64,000 bases of DNA from an uncultured Porphyrobacter sp. (GCA_964505255.1 CAZDHB010000002.1:5092-69091), one strand, 5' to 3'. Counted from the stretch's first letter, positions 18,679 to 28,138 are shown. A program made the numbers and translations. Notes: a model not told the origin generated them from the sequence alone.

Positions 18679-20034
18679 ATGGCTTCGCAAGCAATCTCTT
18701 CCGCTGAGGCGGCTGAAACAGGCGGAAACTCGCCCGTCTACAGCTGGTTTGTGGTGGGGGTTCTCTCGCTTGCAGGGATTGTGAGTTATATCGACCGCCA
18801 AGTGATCAACCTGCTGGTCGAGCCGATCAAGGCCGATTTAGGGGTTTCCGACTTACAGATCAGCCTGCTCCAAGGGTTTTCTTTCGCGCTTTTCTACGCC
18901 GTTTTGGCAGTTCCTCTCGCTTGGATTGCTGACCGCCATAATCGCAAACTGGTGATCCTATTTGGCCTTGTGTGCTGGTCGGCCGCGACTTTTGCCAGCG
19001 GGCTGGCGATGGCATTTGCTTTTTTGTTCGCAGCGCGCATGTTGATTGGCGTGGGCGAGGCGACACTCTCACCCGCTGGCTTCTCAATAATCAGCGACTA
19101 CTTTGCCAAAGATAAGCTGCCCGGCCCGATCAGCGTGTTTACCGGCAGCAGCTTTATCGGATCCGGACTGGCGCTGATCCTGGGCGGATATCTGTTTGCC
19201 ACATTGAGCGAAATGGGTCCGACCACGCTGCCCTTCGGCACATTCCAACCTTGGCAGCTCACTTTCATGTGCGTGGCGATGTTGAGCCTGCCGGTGTTCT
19301 TTCTGCTTCTGCTTGTTCGCGAGCCAGCACGGCGCGACGGGAACGCAATGGCCGCACAGGATGAAAGCCCGCCTGCCTTTGAGGTCGTGGGCTTCGTAAG
19401 GGCCAATGGAGCCGTGTTCTATCCGCTGTTCATCGGGTTTTCCTGCCTTGCTGGCGCGCAATATGGGCTGGGGGCATGGGTCCCCAGCTATTTCATCCGG
19501 GTGCATGAGTGGACGCAGCTAGAGGTAGGGCAAATATACGGCCCTGTTGTTATGATTGCTGGCCCCTTGGGCGTCATTGCCGGCGGCTTTGTCGCTGAGC
19601 GATTGCTTGCAAAAGGCGTGGAGGATGCGACCTTACGGCTGCCCATTTATGCCATTCTTGCCGCTTTGCCGTTTGCGATCGCGTTTCCCCTTGTCAGCTC
19701 GCCGATGTTGGCGCTTGGCCTGCTCGCAGCTCTCTTGGTGTTGGGGACAATCCCCTTCGGCGCCGGCGTCGCCACCTTCCCGCTCATCACACCCAACCGC
19801 ATTCGCGCGCAAGTGATGGCGGTCTATCTGCTGATCGCCAACCTGCTAAGCTACTCAGCAGGGCCGACCTTGATTGCGGCTCTCACCGACTACGTATTCG
19901 CTGATGAATCGGCCATCAACCTGTCGCTGGCGATCGCAACGCCGGCTGCAATGATTGCTGGCATCGTGTTTCTATTTCTCGCCCTTCGCCCCTATCGCGA
20001 TATGGCGCAATCGCATTCCCACGGAGAAAAATAA
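18679..20034 (+). CDS. MFS transporter (spinster/ACS-like)
   Basis: SYIDRQVINLLVEPIKADL, motif A (WIADRHNRK), RMLIGVGEA and about 12 TM segments. ATG 18679 after GAGGG. Confidence 0.88.
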   Translation: MASQAISSAEAAETGGNSPVYSWFVVGVLSLAGIVSYIDRQVINLLVEPIKADLGVSDLQISLLQGFSFALFYAVLAVPLAWIADRHNRKLVILFGLVCWSAATFASGLAMAFAFLFAARMLIGVGEATLSPAGFSIISDYFAKDKLPGPISVFTGSSFIGSGLALILGGYLFATLSEMGPTTLPFGTFQPWQLTFMCVAMLSLPVFFLLLLVREPARRDGNAMAAQDESPPAFEVVGFVRANGAVFYPLFIGFSCLAGAQYGLGAWVPSYFIRVHEWTQLEVGQIYGPVVMIAGPLGVIAGGFVAERLLAKGVEDATLRLPIYAILAALPFAIAFPLVSSPMLALGLLAALLVLGTIPFGAGVATFPLITPNRIRAQVMAVYLLIANLLSYSAGPTLIAALTDYVFADESAINLSLAIATPAAMIAGIVFLFLALRPYRDMAQSHSHGEK

Positions 20035-20036
20035 CC

Positions 20037-21515
20037 ATGGCTTTGATTGACCTTCTGCCCGACACCAACACCTTTGTAGCCAAGGATAAGAAAGTGCTGA
20101 TCGGCGGCACTTGGTCCGACGCCAAGAGCGCGGATCTGATCGATATTGTGAACCCTTCGGATGGCGCGCGCCTTTCCGGCCTTGCCGATGCGAGCGCGGC
20201 CGATGTCGACGCGGCTGTCTTGGCAGCGCGCAAAGCTTTCGACGAAGGGCCTTGGCCGCTGATGAAACCGGGCGAACGTGCGGCCATGATCCACGCTTTG
20301 GCCGACATTATGGCCGCTCACCACGAGGAGCTAGCCCAGCTCGAAACGCTTGATACGGGAAAGCCCATTAATTCATCGCGCGGCGAGGTTTTCGCAGCCA
20401 TTGGCGCGATCCGCTACTTTGCTGGATGGGCCGACAAGATCACCGGCACCACGCACAATATCAACATGCCGGGCGATCACCATGTCTACACGCTCAAAGA
20501 GCCGGTCGGTGTCGCTGCCCTCGTCGTGCCTTGGAATTACCCGATTGTGATGGCTGCGATGAAATTGGGGCCCTGTTTGGCTGCTGGTTGCACAGCCGTG
20601 CTCAAACCGGCCGAAGACACTTCGCTCACAGCCTTGCGTTTGGGAGAGCTGTTTTTGGAAGCGGGCCTGCCCGAAGGCGTTCTCAACATCGTCACAGGTT
20701 ACGGCGCGACAGCGGGCAACGCCCTCATCCACCACAAGGGGATCGACAAGATCGCCTTCACCGGATCGACAGTGACTGGCAAGGTCATCGCGCATGCGGC
20801 GGCAGAGAATTTGAAGAAAGTCAGCCTTGAGCTAGGCGGCAAATCACCCAATATCATCATGCCTGATGCAAATCTGGAGGCGGCTATTCCCGCCTCTGCC
20901 ATGAGCATTTTCTGGAACACAGGCCAGACCTGCACCGCTGCCTCGCGCCTCTATGTGCACGAGGATATCAAGGATGAAGTGATCGCTGGCGTCGCTGAGG
21001 TTGGCAAGTCGCTGAAGCTTGGTGCGGGGCTTGACGAAGAGACCCAGATCGGCCCGATTGTCTCGGAGAAGCAATTCGACAAGGTGCAAGACTATATCGA
21101 GCTTGGAGCAAGCGAAGGGGCTGAAATCGCCTCGGGCGGCAAGCGTCATGGCAATTCCGGCTTTTTCATCGAGCCGACGGTGATTGCGAACACCACCAAT
21201 GATATGCGCGTCGTACGCGAAGAGATTTTCGGACCTGTCCTCGTCACCCAAACATTCAAAACCGAGGATGAAGCCATCGCATTGGCCAATGACAGCGATT
21301 ATGGCCTCGCAGGCTCTGTTTGGACGGGTGATGTTGCGACCGCGCACCGAATGGCGCGCCGGATCAAAGCGGGCATTATCGGGATCAACAATGCGTCTGG
21401 CGCGGATTGGGACGTTCCCTTGGGCGGATATAAGCAATCGGGCGTTGGCCGCGAAAATGGCCGCGACGGTCTGGAGCTTTACCTCCAAACCAAGTCGGTT
21501 TTCACCACGCTGTAA
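20037..21515 (+). CDS. NAD(P)-dependent aldehyde dehydrogenase
   Basis: PWNYP, KPAE, FTGST, LELGGKSP, catalytic Cys (GQTCTA) and EEIFGPV. Confidence 0.95.
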   Translation: MALIDLLPDTNTFVAKDKKVLIGGTWSDAKSADLIDIVNPSDGARLSGLADASAADVDAAVLAARKAFDEGPWPLMKPGERAAMIHALADIMAAHHEELAQLETLDTGKPINSSRGEVFAAIGAIRYFAGWADKITGTTHNINMPGDHHVYTLKEPVGVAALVVPWNYPIVMAAMKLGPCLAAGCTAVLKPAEDTSLTALRLGELFLEAGLPEGVLNIVTGYGATAGNALIHHKGIDKIAFTGSTVTGKVIAHAAAENLKKVSLELGGKSPNIIMPDANLEAAIPASAMSIFWNTGQTCTAASRLYVHEDIKDEVIAGVAEVGKSLKLGAGLDEETQIGPIVSEKQFDKVQDYIELGASEGAEIASGGKRHGNSGFFIEPTVIANTTNDMRVVREEIFGPVLVTQTFKTEDEAIALANDSDYGLAGSVWTGDVATAHRMARRIKAGIIGINNASGADWDVPLGGYKQSGVGRENGRDGLELYLQTKSVFTTL

Positions 21516-21519
21516 TCCC

Positions 21520-22332
21520 ATGCCAGAAGCGATCCCTACCCAGATCCAGCGCATCGACGTTGGTGATGCTGAAATCCACACAGAGATAACCGGCAGCGGA
21601 CCAGATTTGCTGCTGGTTGCTGGGCTTGGCGGACGCGGCGCATTTTGGCACAAACAAGTCCAGACCTTTGCGCAGCATTTCCGCGTCATCACTTTCGATC
21701 ATCGCGGCTGCGGTGAGAGCACGCCGGACAAGGTCGTCTATGGCGCAGAGCACATGGCGAAAGACGTGCTTGCGCTGATGGATTCGATGGAGATTGAATG
21801 CGCGCGTCTTGTCGGCCATTCGACAGGCGGCGCCATTGGCCAGCATATCGCTCTCAAACATCCCGAGCGGCTGAAACAGCTGGTGCTTTCTTGCAGTTGG
21901 GCCGGACCTGACACTTACCTCACCGAACTGTTTCGAACGCGGCGCGAAGTGCTGATCAGCTGCGGTCCGCTCGCCTATCTGACCATGGGCACTTATCTCG
22001 CCATGCCGCCACGCGCGCTGCAAGAACAGATGAGCGATGCGCGTGCGTTTATGGAAGAGCGGCTCGCTGCCTTCCCCGGCCTTGAGGTCGAGCTATCGCG
22101 CATCAATGCGGTCTACACCCACGATCTGCGCAGCGAGCTTCATAAGATCGCCGTGCCAACTTTATGCATCGGTGCAGAGAATGATGGCATAACCCCGCCC
22201 GGTTTTACCGAGGAGATGGCGCGGCTGATCCCTGATGCGGAGCTGCATCTGCTGCACTCAGGTGGACATTTCTGCCCGATCGCCGCGACCGACGAGTACA
22301 ACCCTCGTGTGCTTGAATTCCTCAACGGCTGA
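21520..22332 (+). CDS. Alpha/beta hydrolase, RutD/amide hydrolase-like
   Basis: LVAGLGG, DHRGCG, GHSTGG nucleophile elbow, AENDGITP and GGHF. ATG 21520 directly follows the ALDH stop (the track start 21184 overlaps ALDH). Confidence 0.8.
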   Translation: MPEAIPTQIQRIDVGDAEIHTEITGSGPDLLLVAGLGGRGAFWHKQVQTFAQHFRVITFDHRGCGESTPDKVVYGAEHMAKDVLALMDSMEIECARLVGHSTGGAIGQHIALKHPERLKQLVLSCSWAGPDTYLTELFRTRREVLISCGPLAYLTMGTYLAMPPRALQEQMSDARAFMEERLAAFPGLEVELSRINAVYTHDLRSELHKIAVPTLCIGAENDGITPPGFTEEMARLIPDAELHLLHSGGHFCPIAATDEYNPRVLEFLNG

Positions 22333-22347
22333 CCAAGGAGAACACTG

Positions 22348-22866
22348 ATGACATCTGAACCTGTCCACCCTCCCTTTGGCCATATTACCAAGGGGCGATC
22401 CGTCGTCGTGGGTCCGGACGAGGGGCGCAGCCTATGGCAACCCATGCCCAGCCGCGGCTATGTCAATGTGAACCTGACGGCAGACAACATGCCTTACGAC
22501 ACATGGTCTTCAGGCACACAGGTGATGCCCCCGGGCTGTATGGTGCGCGAGCACGGACACAAGCAGAACCATGAGTTGGTGTTTGTCTATGAGGGCACGG
22601 GCGAGTGCGATATTGACGGCGAGCTCCACCAATTGGAGCCGGGCACCACTGTCCTTTTCGCGCGCAATTGCACCCATTGGATCAAGAACACGGGCGATAC
22701 GGACATGAAGATGTTCTGGGTCTTCTTTCCGCCAGGTCTTGAAGACTGGTTCTATGCCATCGGCAAAGACCGCACACCGGGCGAGCCGATGCCCGAGCCG
22801 TTCGACCGCCCTGACAATGTGAAGGAGGTGCAAGACAAAATGCGCTTCCTTCCTCCCCGCAGCTAA
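22348..22866 (+). CDS. Cupin-domain metalloprotein
   Basis: Cupin motif 1 (HGH..NHELVFVYEG) and motif 2 (GTTVLFARNCTHWIKN). SD AAGGAG. Confidence 0.85.
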   Translation: MTSEPVHPPFGHITKGRSVVVGPDEGRSLWQPMPSRGYVNVNLTADNMPYDTWSSGTQVMPPGCMVREHGHKQNHELVFVYEGTGECDIDGELHQLEPGTTVLFARNCTHWIKNTGDTDMKMFWVFFPPGLEDWFYAIGKDRTPGEPMPEPFDRPDNVKEVQDKMRFLPPRS

Positions 22867-22881
22867 AGACCACCAACGCCC

Positions 22882-23880
22882 ATGCGTATTATCCCTCAAT
22901 CCGAGGTCGAACGCCTCTTGCCCGTTGGCGCCTGTGTCGATGTCATGCGGCAGGCCATGATCGCGGTAAGCCAAGGCGACGTGACCCTGCCAATCCGTCA
23001 ATTCATGCCGGTGCCCGGAGCAGCAGGCAAAATGGCGATTATGCCCGGCTCGCTTGGCACAGCAAAGCAAACACACGATGCGAGTTTTGGGATCAAGCTG
23101 GTATGCAAATACGAGCGGCCTCAAGATGATCCGCTCGGCACACATGTGGGCATGGTTATCCTGTTCGACAGCGCAAAAGGCGTACCGCTAGCGATGATCG
23201 AGGGGTCCTCCCTCACCGCCATCCGAACGTCTGCCGCCAGCGCGCTCGCCGCGCAATTGATGGCGCGCGAAGATGCAGCACGCCTCGCGATCCTGGGGAA
23301 TGGCGAGCAAGCCGCACGCCATGTCGATGCAATGATGGCTGTCCGCGATATCTCGGAAATAACTGTATGGGGCCGCGATCCGGCACGCGCTGAGGCTTTT
23401 GCTCGAGCGACAGCCGAGCGGGTCGGACTGCCCGTCCAAACCGCCCCTACAGTGAGCGAGGCTGTCGCGGACGCAGAGATCATTTGCACCACCACTTCCG
23501 CGAAAGAACCGATCTTGCACGGCGCTGACCTCAAACCCGGTCAACATATCAATTTGGTTGGCGCGGCCATTCCGACAAGCGCCGAGGTCGATTCCGAAGC
23601 AGTCGCGCGCAGCCGCTTTGTGGTCGATTACCGCCCCGCTGCCATGGCAGCAGCCGGTGAGCTGCTAAACGCGATTAAGGACTCAAGCGTTACCGAGGCG
23701 CATATCGCTGGCGAGATAGGGGAAATTGCAGCGGGCAAAATTCCGGGACGCAGTTCGCCGGATGACATCACCCTATACAAATCGCTTGGCGTCGCCGCGC
23801 AGGATTTGGCCGCAGCGCATGCTTTGTGGACTTTGGCAGAGCAAGAAAGCAGCGGGATCGAGGTTGATCTGCTTGCCTAA
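22882..23880 (+). CDS. Ornithine cyclodeaminase/mu-crystallin family protein (imine reductase or C-N lyase)
   Basis: LTAIRTSAAS, ILGNGEQA Rossmann motif, ICTTTSA and TLYKSLGVAAQDLAAA. Confidence 0.9.
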   Translation: MRIIPQSEVERLLPVGACVDVMRQAMIAVSQGDVTLPIRQFMPVPGAAGKMAIMPGSLGTAKQTHDASFGIKLVCKYERPQDDPLGTHVGMVILFDSAKGVPLAMIEGSSLTAIRTSAASALAAQLMAREDAARLAILGNGEQAARHVDAMMAVRDISEITVWGRDPARAEAFARATAERVGLPVQTAPTVSEAVADAEIICTTTSAKEPILHGADLKPGQHINLVGAAIPTSAEVDSEAVARSRFVVDYRPAAMAAAGELLNAIKDSSVTEAHIAGEIGEIAAGKIPGRSSPDDITLYKSLGVAAQDLAAAHALWTLAEQESSGIEVDLLA

Positions 23881-23892
23881 GGCGATGCGGAC

Positions 23893-24582
23893 TTATGTCC
23901 GGTTGAAGAATGCTTTTTTGGTTTCTTCGCTCGGGTTGCCAACCTTCATACCCGCTTTCAGCACCGCCATACCGCGCTGGACTGCTGGCCGCGCCTCGAC
24001 CTTGTCAATCCACGCGCGAACATGCGGGAATTTCGAAATGTCCACACCGTGCAATTCTTGCTGGCGCGCATCCATCCATGGATAGGTGGCCATGTCTGCC
24101 ACACCATAATCGCAGCTTGGCGTCATCCACTCATTGCATGCCAGGTGCCTGTCAACCAGGCCATAGAGCCGCTGGACCTCACCTGAGTAGCGCTTGATTG
24201 CATAGGGCACTTGCTCATCCGCATATCCTCGGAAATGACCGCACTGGCCGAACATCGGCCCGATATTAGCGCATTGGAAGAACAGCCACTGACGGATCAA
24301 GGATTGCTGAACTGGATCATCTGACCAGAATTGCCGCGTTTTCTCGCATAGATAAAGCAATATCGCGCCGCTTTCGAAAACCTCATGCTGCGCACCGCCC
24401 GGCCCATCGTGGTCAACAATTGCAGGCACCCGGTTGTTAGGGCTGATCGCGATGAATTCTGGCTGGTGTTGTTCGCCCTTCAATATGTTGATTGGCTTAA
24501 CCGTGTAATCCAGCCCGAACTCTTCCAACGCGATGGAGATCTTGTGGCCATTGGGAGTTGGCCAAAAGTAGAAATCGATCAT
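23893..24582 (-). CDS. Glutathione S-transferase, Nu class (YfcG-like)
   Basis: TPNGHK N-terminal motif, SPNNRVPAI and FESGAILLYL. Confidence 0.88.
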   Translation of the reverse strand: MIDFYFWPTPNGHKISIALEEFGLDYTVKPINILKGEQHQPEFIAISPNNRVPAIVDHDGPGGAQHEVFESGAILLYLCEKTRQFWSDDPVQQSLIRQWLFFQCANIGPMFGQCGHFRGYADEQVPYAIKRYSGEVQRLYGLVDRHLACNEWMTPSCDYGVADMATYPWMDARQQELHGVDISKFPHVRAWIDKVEARPAVQRGMAVLKAGMKVGNPSEETKKAFFNRT

Positions 24583-25313
24583 GCCGCATGCGCCTTTTGC
24601 AGCGCGAGCACCTCTTGCACTGCGGTTTGGAGCCGCGTGGCCGAAGTATCGCCGGAGAAATCAACATTGTAATGCGATTGGACCGAGGGACGCTCCAACG
24701 CCGCATCATACCAATCCGAAAGAGCTGGCCGCCCATCGCGCCAGTTAAAATTGGGATGAATTGGGTCTTTCGCTTCGTAAAATTCGGCCCGAAAACCCAA
24801 ATAGCTGATCGCATGCAGCATGGCGGCATGGCCAATATCGAATTGTTCCCAACCTTTCACAGCTTCCTCGTTCATCCAATCAAGCGAGCGGATAAATTTG
24901 GGCCACATCCGTTCAAAGACGTACATGTTCCACTGCTCTGGTTCCTGCCATTGCTCGGCGACCATCTGCACAGTGCCCTCGAAGATGGTATCGGCCATCG
25001 CCAGCCGCGTAATCGCGTCCCACCGCGCAGGGCCGGCTTCAGGGTACATCTTTGCTGCCTTGGAATGCGCGTCAAGATATTCGCATACCGCTTGGCTGCC
25101 AAAGACGACTTGACCAGTATCCGTTGCCAGCGTCGGGACTTTGCTCAGTGGATTAATCGCAGAGATCGAATAGGCATCGCCTTGATCCTCTCCATCCAGA
25201 TTCTTGAAAGGAAAGGTCGCGATGAAGTCGATATCATCCCACAGACCGCACTCATGGGCGGTGACGAGGACCTTATGGATGAATGTGTGGAAGGGCGAAT
25301 AGAACAGCTTCAT
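24579..25313 (-). CDS. Glutathione S-transferase family protein (divergent)
   Basis: NPLSKVPTL, FGSQAVCEYLD and thioredoxin-like N-domain MKLFYSP..F.HKV. ATGA overlap with the Nu-class GST. Confidence 0.78.
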   Translation of the reverse strand: MKLFYSPFHTFIHKVLVTAHECGLWDDIDFIATFPFKNLDGEDQGDAYSISAINPLSKVPTLATDTGQVVFGSQAVCEYLDAHSKAAKMYPEAGPARWDAITRLAMADTIFEGTVQMVAEQWQEPEQWNMYVFERMWPKFIRSLDWMNEEAVKGWEQFDIGHAAMLHAISYLGFRAEFYEAKDPIHPNFNWRDGRPALSDWYDAALERPSVQSHYNVDFSGDTSATRLQTAVQEVLALQKAHAA

Positions 25314-25335
25314 TTTATGTCCTTCCCGGAGCGTT

Positions 25336-26316
25336 TCAATGTGCGCCGACTTTCTTGTGATCGGGCGAAACTTCTTTGGAGGACAATTCTCCGGCGTCTT
25401 CCTTCTCCTTCATCTTCTTGAAGGTATCGAACTCATTGACGCCGCCCATTTCGCGTCTCGGCCAGCGTGTTGCAAATCCGCGTGGATAGCGGCTGTCATC
25501 ATCCTTTCGCCCGTCTTCTGACCAGATCAGCGGGAAGAGATCACCTTCTGGTTTTTCTCCGTCGAGCATCTCGTCAAAGCTAACGCCAGCGATATTCAAA
25601 CAGTCAGGGCGCGGCGCCCAGCGGATGTCATCACCAAACACGCGCTGCGAGACAGCGATGCGGTAATCATCGGTAGGATTGCCTGCCGAATAGTGCAGCA
25701 CCCACGGGTTCACGACCAGCATATCGCCCGGCTCCATTTCCCATTGCAGGAAGCGCAAGCCGTCCTCGCCGCGGCGGCTCTCGATATCGGGATGCGGTAC
25801 GCGATCGTCTGGTTTGATCATCTTGCGCGCATTGGGGCTGAAGAGCCAATACGGCACATCGTCATTCTGAGTGCCCGCCAGCACTTCGAGGCAGTTCTCT
25901 TTTACAATCGGTGTGAGCGGTATCCAAAGGGATGGCACCATTTTTCCTGCCACCGGAAATGCCATGCGATCGCAATGCCACAAGGTGGCAGCGTCCGATT
26001 GCGGCGGCTTGGCAAAAAACTCATCGAAGAAGAAACGGATTTCCTTCGATTGCATGACCCGCCCGGCCGCCTCGGCGATGGGACTTTCAAAAACCATCCG
26101 CCGATATTCGGGAATGCAACGCGCCATGTACCGGCCGGGAATTGTGGGGAGGAGGCCGACGTCCTTCTTTTCGACAATAACCTCGCGTGCGACAGGCTCG
26201 AGCATCTCGATCCAGTCCTTGTCGAGCACTTTGCGCAAGCACACAGCGCCATCGCGATTGTAGGCATCGATATCGTCCTGCGTGATCTCACGTAGGGGGC
26301 GCGAATTGAGCGGCAT
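25336..26316 (-). CDS. Phytanoyl-CoA dioxygenase (PhyH)-family Fe(II)/2-oxoglutarate oxygenase
   Basis: HxD (WHCD), SLWIPL, MEPGD.L distal His (VLHYSAGN) and downstream Arg (YRIAVS). Confidence 0.85.
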   Translation of the reverse strand: MPLNSRPLREITQDDIDAYNRDGAVCLRKVLDKDWIEMLEPVAREVIVEKKDVGLLPTIPGRYMARCIPEYRRMVFESPIAEAAGRVMQSKEIRFFFDEFFAKPPQSDAATLWHCDRMAFPVAGKMVPSLWIPLTPIVKENCLEVLAGTQNDDVPYWLFSPNARKMIKPDDRVPHPDIESRRGEDGLRFLQWEMEPGDMLVVNPWVLHYSAGNPTDDYRIAVSQRVFGDDIRWAPRPDCLNIAGVSFDEMLDGEKPEGDLFPLIWSEDGRKDDDSRYPRGFATRWPRREMGGVNEFDTFKKMKEKEDAGELSSKEVSPDHKKVGAH

Positions 26317-26493
26317 ATTTGGTTCCTTGATTGAGGCCAGACAAATAGGCGTGTCCGCAAGACCCCATAAGTCAGCCGCCCGGTTCTAACCACGGTTTGG
26401 ATAATCAAACATCAGGTTACCGCACAGTGGTGACGCAGGCCAAATGGCCATGGGTTTCCCGACAAGGATCATATTGGTGCGCTGATAACCCCA

Positions 26494-27711
26494 GTGGAGA
26501 GAGTTTTGAAAGAATACCGCACCAAAGTTGTTGTTGCAGGTGCTGGCCCCGTCGGTAGCGTCGCGGCCTATCTACTTGCGCAGCAAGGCATAGAGGTTGT
26601 CCTAGCCGAAGCGCAAAGCGATTGCGCACTCGACCTGCGCGCCTCAACTTTCCATCCACCTACGCTGGAAATGCTCGATGATTTCGGGATCACCGAGAAG
26701 CTAATTGAGCTTGGCCTCAAGGCCCCAATATACCATTTCCGTGAACGTCAATCGGGCGACGTGATCGACTTCGACCTGTCAGAAATTTCGGACCTCACCC
26801 GTTTTCCTTACCGCGTACAATGCGAGCAATACCACCTTTCTCGCATGCTTTCCGAAGCGGTAAGCGATGCGCGCGGAGCAGAAGTTCTGCGCAACCACCG
26901 TGTCATTGGATATGAACAGGATGGCGACGGTGTCTCGGTTTATGTCGAAAGCTCTACCGAAATTGTCAAAATTCGCGCTGATTTTCTGATCGGTGCTGAT
27001 GGCTCTAACTCGATGGTCCGCAAATGGATGGGCACCGGCTTTGATGGCTTCACCTATCCGGAGCGCTTTCTTTGCTACACCTCGAAAGTCCCGCTTGAAG
27101 AGCGGCTCGAAAATCTGAGCTACGTCAATTACGTCTCTGACCCCGAAGAGTGGATGGTGCTGCTGCGTGTTCCCTCCTTGTGGCGTATCCTCGTGCCTGC
27201 AACAGAGAACATGAGCGATGAAGAGCTGAAGGGCGATGCGAAAAAGGTTGAGGTATTTGACCGGCTTTTGGGCGACGGCGAAAGTGTCGAAACCGTCCAT
27301 CGCACGGTCTATCGCGTGCATCAACGAGTGGCAAAGAGCTTTGTCGACAGGCGCGTGGCAATCATTGGCGATGCAGCGCATCTCAACAATCCGATCGGCG
27401 GGTTCGGTATGAACAGCGGTATCCATGATGCATTCAATCTGTGCGAGAAAATGGACGCCATTTACAATCATGGCCGGGATGCCGAAAACGCGCTTGGTCT
27501 GTTTGATCGTCAGCGTCGCAAAACCACGCATGATTTCATTCAGGCCCAGACGATCAAGAACATGGAATTTTTGTCAGATGGTGCAGGAAAGCTGCATGAG
27601 AAGCGGAAGGCCGAGTTCCTCGCGATCAAGGCCGACCCCACAAAACGCCGTGAGTTTCTTCGGCGCCAAGCAATGATCCAATGTTTGGAAGACGAGAAGG
27701 CCATAGCTTAA
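26494..27711 (+). CDS. Group A flavin monooxygenase (MhpA/phenol hydroxylase-like)
   Basis: VAGAGPVG, IGADGSNS and IIGDAAHLNNPIGGFGMNSGIHDAFNL. Start is GTG 26494 or TTG 26506. Confidence 0.88.
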   Translation: MERVLKEYRTKVVVAGAGPVGSVAAYLLAQQGIEVVLAEAQSDCALDLRASTFHPPTLEMLDDFGITEKLIELGLKAPIYHFRERQSGDVIDFDLSEISDLTRFPYRVQCEQYHLSRMLSEAVSDARGAEVLRNHRVIGYEQDGDGVSVYVESSTEIVKIRADFLIGADGSNSMVRKWMGTGFDGFTYPERFLCYTSKVPLEERLENLSYVNYVSDPEEWMVLLRVPSLWRILVPATENMSDEELKGDAKKVEVFDRLLGDGESVETVHRTVYRVHQRVAKSFVDRRVAIIGDAAHLNNPIGGFGMNSGIHDAFNLCEKMDAIYNHGRDAENALGLFDRQRRKTTHDFIQAQTIKNMEFLSDGAGKLHEKRKAEFLAIKADPTKRREFLRRQAMIQCLEDEKAIA

Positions 27712-27760
27712 CGTCGGTATGGCCGCGGCCCAATCCTGATGTCTAAGGACATTGAAAGAT

Positions 27761-27795
27761 GCTGTCAGACTAAAGCGAACTCGTCTCAGATTGGC
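27761..27795 (+). repeat. Right copy of the degenerate 35-nt direct repeat (other copy 532-566)
   Basis: 24/35 ungapped identity to 532-566. Confidence 0.3.
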
Positions 27796-28138
27796 GCAGC
27801 TATCGTAAGGTCGAGCAGAACCTATGCAGCAAAATTTTGCCACTCAGCCAATGCGGCTAAGCGGGCTGCCTGCTTTGGCTTTCGATTTGCGGCTCATCTT
27901 CTGCCGCTAGCACATCCGAACACAAATGCCCCGTTGGTCTGACAAGACCCTTCTCAGTCGAGAATCTGCGATAGACAATAGCTTGTTATCGCCAGACATT
28001 GTTTTTTGAAATTTTGTTACCACCTGGCCATAGAATAGTTACTATAACATCCACTCAATGATGACGCGCTTATGAGCGCCTGTCTTGGTGTTGCACCGAA
28101 TTTCGTGTAAGACTTAGACGCCGGATGGGAGGGCCACT

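Noticed and set aside
27739-27942. 67-aa ORF in the gap after the MhpA-like gene
   Set aside because: No SD, no motif or hydrophobic pattern, and it overlaps the degenerate repeat. Probably non-coding.
27934-27945. TTGGTCTGACAA resembling a GntR/FadR operator
   Set aside because: Single imperfect copy, no GntR gene in the window, and about 190 nt from the nearest start codon.
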